From assembly GCA_964373175.1 (NCBI GenBank), contig CAYJTP010000002.1:40402-104401 (forward strand): DNA of 64,000 nucleotides, given 5' to 3'. Shown here piece by piece: positions 60,001-63,000 of the stretch (position 1 is its first letter; the number at the start of each line of letters is the position of its first letter). The stretch comes from an uncultured Planctomycetales bacterium. GTDB lineage: Bacteria; Omnitrophota; Gorgyraeia; Aquiviventales; Aquiviventaceae. Both the position numbers and the translations under genes were made by a program. Under the pieces are notes generated by a model. That model saw nothing but the letters and a program-made list of their open reading frames with translations. It did not search any database and had not been told where the DNA came from.

Positions 60001-63000
60001 GGAGCTGGGGAAGGTTGCGCAGCGTGAGGAGGACCTTGCTCGGGGCCGGCATGATCCTCACAGGGATCGGCAAGTTGATGGGACACCGACCGCTTCTCGC
60101 AGTCGGGTTATCGCTCGCTAGTCTTGCCGTCAGTCTGCTCGCGTTGAAGGTCTTCCCGCAGACCTACCGGAGTATTGAACAAGCGGTCACGCGGATCAGT
60201 CAGGCAAAGCCTCTGCCGACCATTGTGCTCATGGGCAGTTGGCTCATCGCGCTGGTGTCGTTGATGGCCGTGTGGAGCGTGGGGCTGTTGATTGGAGGGC
60301 GGATTCTTGAATGGGTGACTGCCGGCTTCTCTCTGCAGGGAATCGACACGTCGTTCTTGAGTCCGGTGCCGTGGGTCGCGTTGCTTGCGGGCGGGGTGTT
60401 CCTGGTTAAGGCGACCCTCCTGTTTGGCTCAGACAATGGGGTGCCATTCGAGCGCTCATCCCAGGTGCGCCCAGCCTTGAGGACGAACCTACTCTTCTAC
60501 GGAACGCTCCTGTTGGCCAATCTCCTGATGGCGTTGGGGTTGTCGTCCCATATCGGCACGCTGATCTTCCTCTATCAAAAACCCATGCCGTTACACCACG
60601 GGGATGGGGTCATCGCGCTGGCTGGCATGGCGGCGCTGTGGGGGATCGTGACTGGCAGAACCGCCTCGGTGCTGTGGCGAGAGGTGGGCCAGCGGCTTTC
60701 GGCGTGGTGGGCGCGCCACCGCCACTTCTTCGTGCCGTTTGGCCTGATGGCGACGATGAACGGGCAGACGACTCCGTCCTACTACGAGGCGGTGCAGCGA
60801 GTCTTGCCACCTCACATGGCTGGTCGTCGTAAGGTAGCCCACTATATCGTGGAGCGGTTTGGGAGCCGATGGGACGAAGCGCTCTCCATGATGGGTGGCC
60901 ATCTCCTTAACCGCACCCGTTGGCCCTTCATCGACCGAGCGCTCAAGGCTGGGCTTTCGATCACGGCTATTGCAGATTTGCTGCATTACTCCCACACCGT
61001 GGATGAGCAGAAGACGGGGGTCAAGACATTGCTAACGATAGAAGATTTCCCTCCCGAGTTTCAGGAGCTCGTCCTGACCCATAGTCAAAGCCGCCGAGGA
61101 TTTCATCGCGGGTCGATCAATTTACTGTGGACGCTCTATGAGGTTCTGAGACCTACTGGAAGTCCTGCGCCATCGGCCATCGAGTTTCCCGCATGGCTTA
61201 AGTTTGGATCGAGTGCGTCCCAGGCTGAGCGAGCGCTTCTCGAAACTCTTGAACGACGCGGCACGGCGGTGACTGATGAAGAACTCGTGCAAACGGCACG
61301 GAAGATTTTTGAGCTTCAAAAAGCCCAACGTCGTCGCTTGATTCCTCTCTATGCGTCTGACGGTGGTCCCTTGAGTGAACAAGACGTTCCAGTCCAGTTC
61401 CTCTCACCCGACTCCCCCCTCAAGTTTACCGTCCGGCAACGTGTGTTCTACGAGTTTCCTTCGCAGCCAACGAGCCATCCATCGCTTGATGCCTGGTTGA
61501 CCGATGAGTCACTGTATCAGTCGTTACGGCCGTTTCTCGCCAATCAACCTGAGGTATCATTCCCGCTGCTGTTGGCGAGTGTTGCCTTTGAGCCTGAGCG
61601 CGCCGATCGCATCGACACTGTTGAAGAGCGGTTCCTGCAAGTGTGGTTGCATCTGAGCAACCAGCTCCCAACAACTGTTCGGCAGCGGTTGCAAGGTCTC
61701 GAATCAACCATGGAGCAGGCATTTCGCCTCTTTGCTGCCCAACAGGGATTTGTACGTGTCAGAGCACCAACTGGAAGTCGATGGTTCAGCCACACCGCTC
61801 ATCTGTTGCACCGCAACACGATTGAGCGGTTGAACAGCCTGTACCGCGACGCAGGGTATCGGTTGGTGTTTGAGGATAGCCAGTTCTGGTGGGAACGAAA
61901 CCTCGCGACGGTGCCGAAGACAAACGGCTCTGTTTCACCCTTTGGAGTTGGCTTGGGCCAGCTCTTCACCCCTGAGGTCTGGCGGGATCTTGCCCAGCGG
62001 CTTTCGGCGTGGTGGGCGCGCGGGGTCTTAGGCGTGAACGGGAAGGTTAATATTCACGAGAAAAAGGGTACGAAAAAGGGTACCGGTTCTCATTTCTCGA
62101 CGCCGGACACGACCCCCATTACCTTCGGAGCCGATGCGGGTTTTGGGGAGCTGCTGAGGCGGCTTGGACAGGTGCCTCGAGCCTTCCAACAGTTGTTGCG
62201 CCGCGCCGTGCTGCCCATCACCACGCTCCAACCCGGCCCCTCGGTACCTGGTACCGGAGCCACAAGACCCAAGGCTCAAGGGAACGGATCAATCCTGCGC
62301 AGGCTCAACGAGCGGTTGCCGAGGAGCTACTGGTTCAATGGGGTGGCGATCGGGACCTTAGGCTTAGCCGCCTATTGGCTCGGGCTGATTCCGCACAGCG
62401 GGGAAAACTGGTTGCAAGTCCTCGCCAAAACTGTCGGCGGCTTCGTGGTCTTCTGGACGGTATCTGATACGCTCGCCAAGCGCAGCACCAGCGAGCCCAT
62501 CACCGGCAAGGGGCTGCGCGGTGCCGCCAGCGCCGGGTTGATTAACGGCCTGTACACGCTGGGCTTCTTTGCGCTCATCGCGCTGATCCCTGAGCCGATC
62601 GGTGCGCCGGCGCGTGTGTTCTTGGTGACGTTCCTCTTGATTGCGTCACGAAATTGGATTTATTCGAAGCTGTTCCACAGCCACGCCAAGGAGGCGCAGG
62701 ATGCGTGGCTAGTCAACCGGAGAAAAGAGGCCTACTGGTTTAGCCGTCCCGCCTCCATTCTGAAGAATACGATCATCCAGGCGCTCCTGCCGCTTCCGGT
62801 GCGGGGGCCGGTCGAGGCGATCATGACCCAGTGGTTCCAGCAGTACTACGCCTGGGCGTTCCATGTGCGCCGTCCATCACTGATCAGCCGGCCGCAGCGG
62901 GTTTCGGCGATCCAGCGGATGGTCTTTCCGTGGCATCGGGGTCCGGCGCTGATGGTCTACGGCCTGGTCGCGCCGGTGGTAAACGCTTGGGGAGGTGTGC

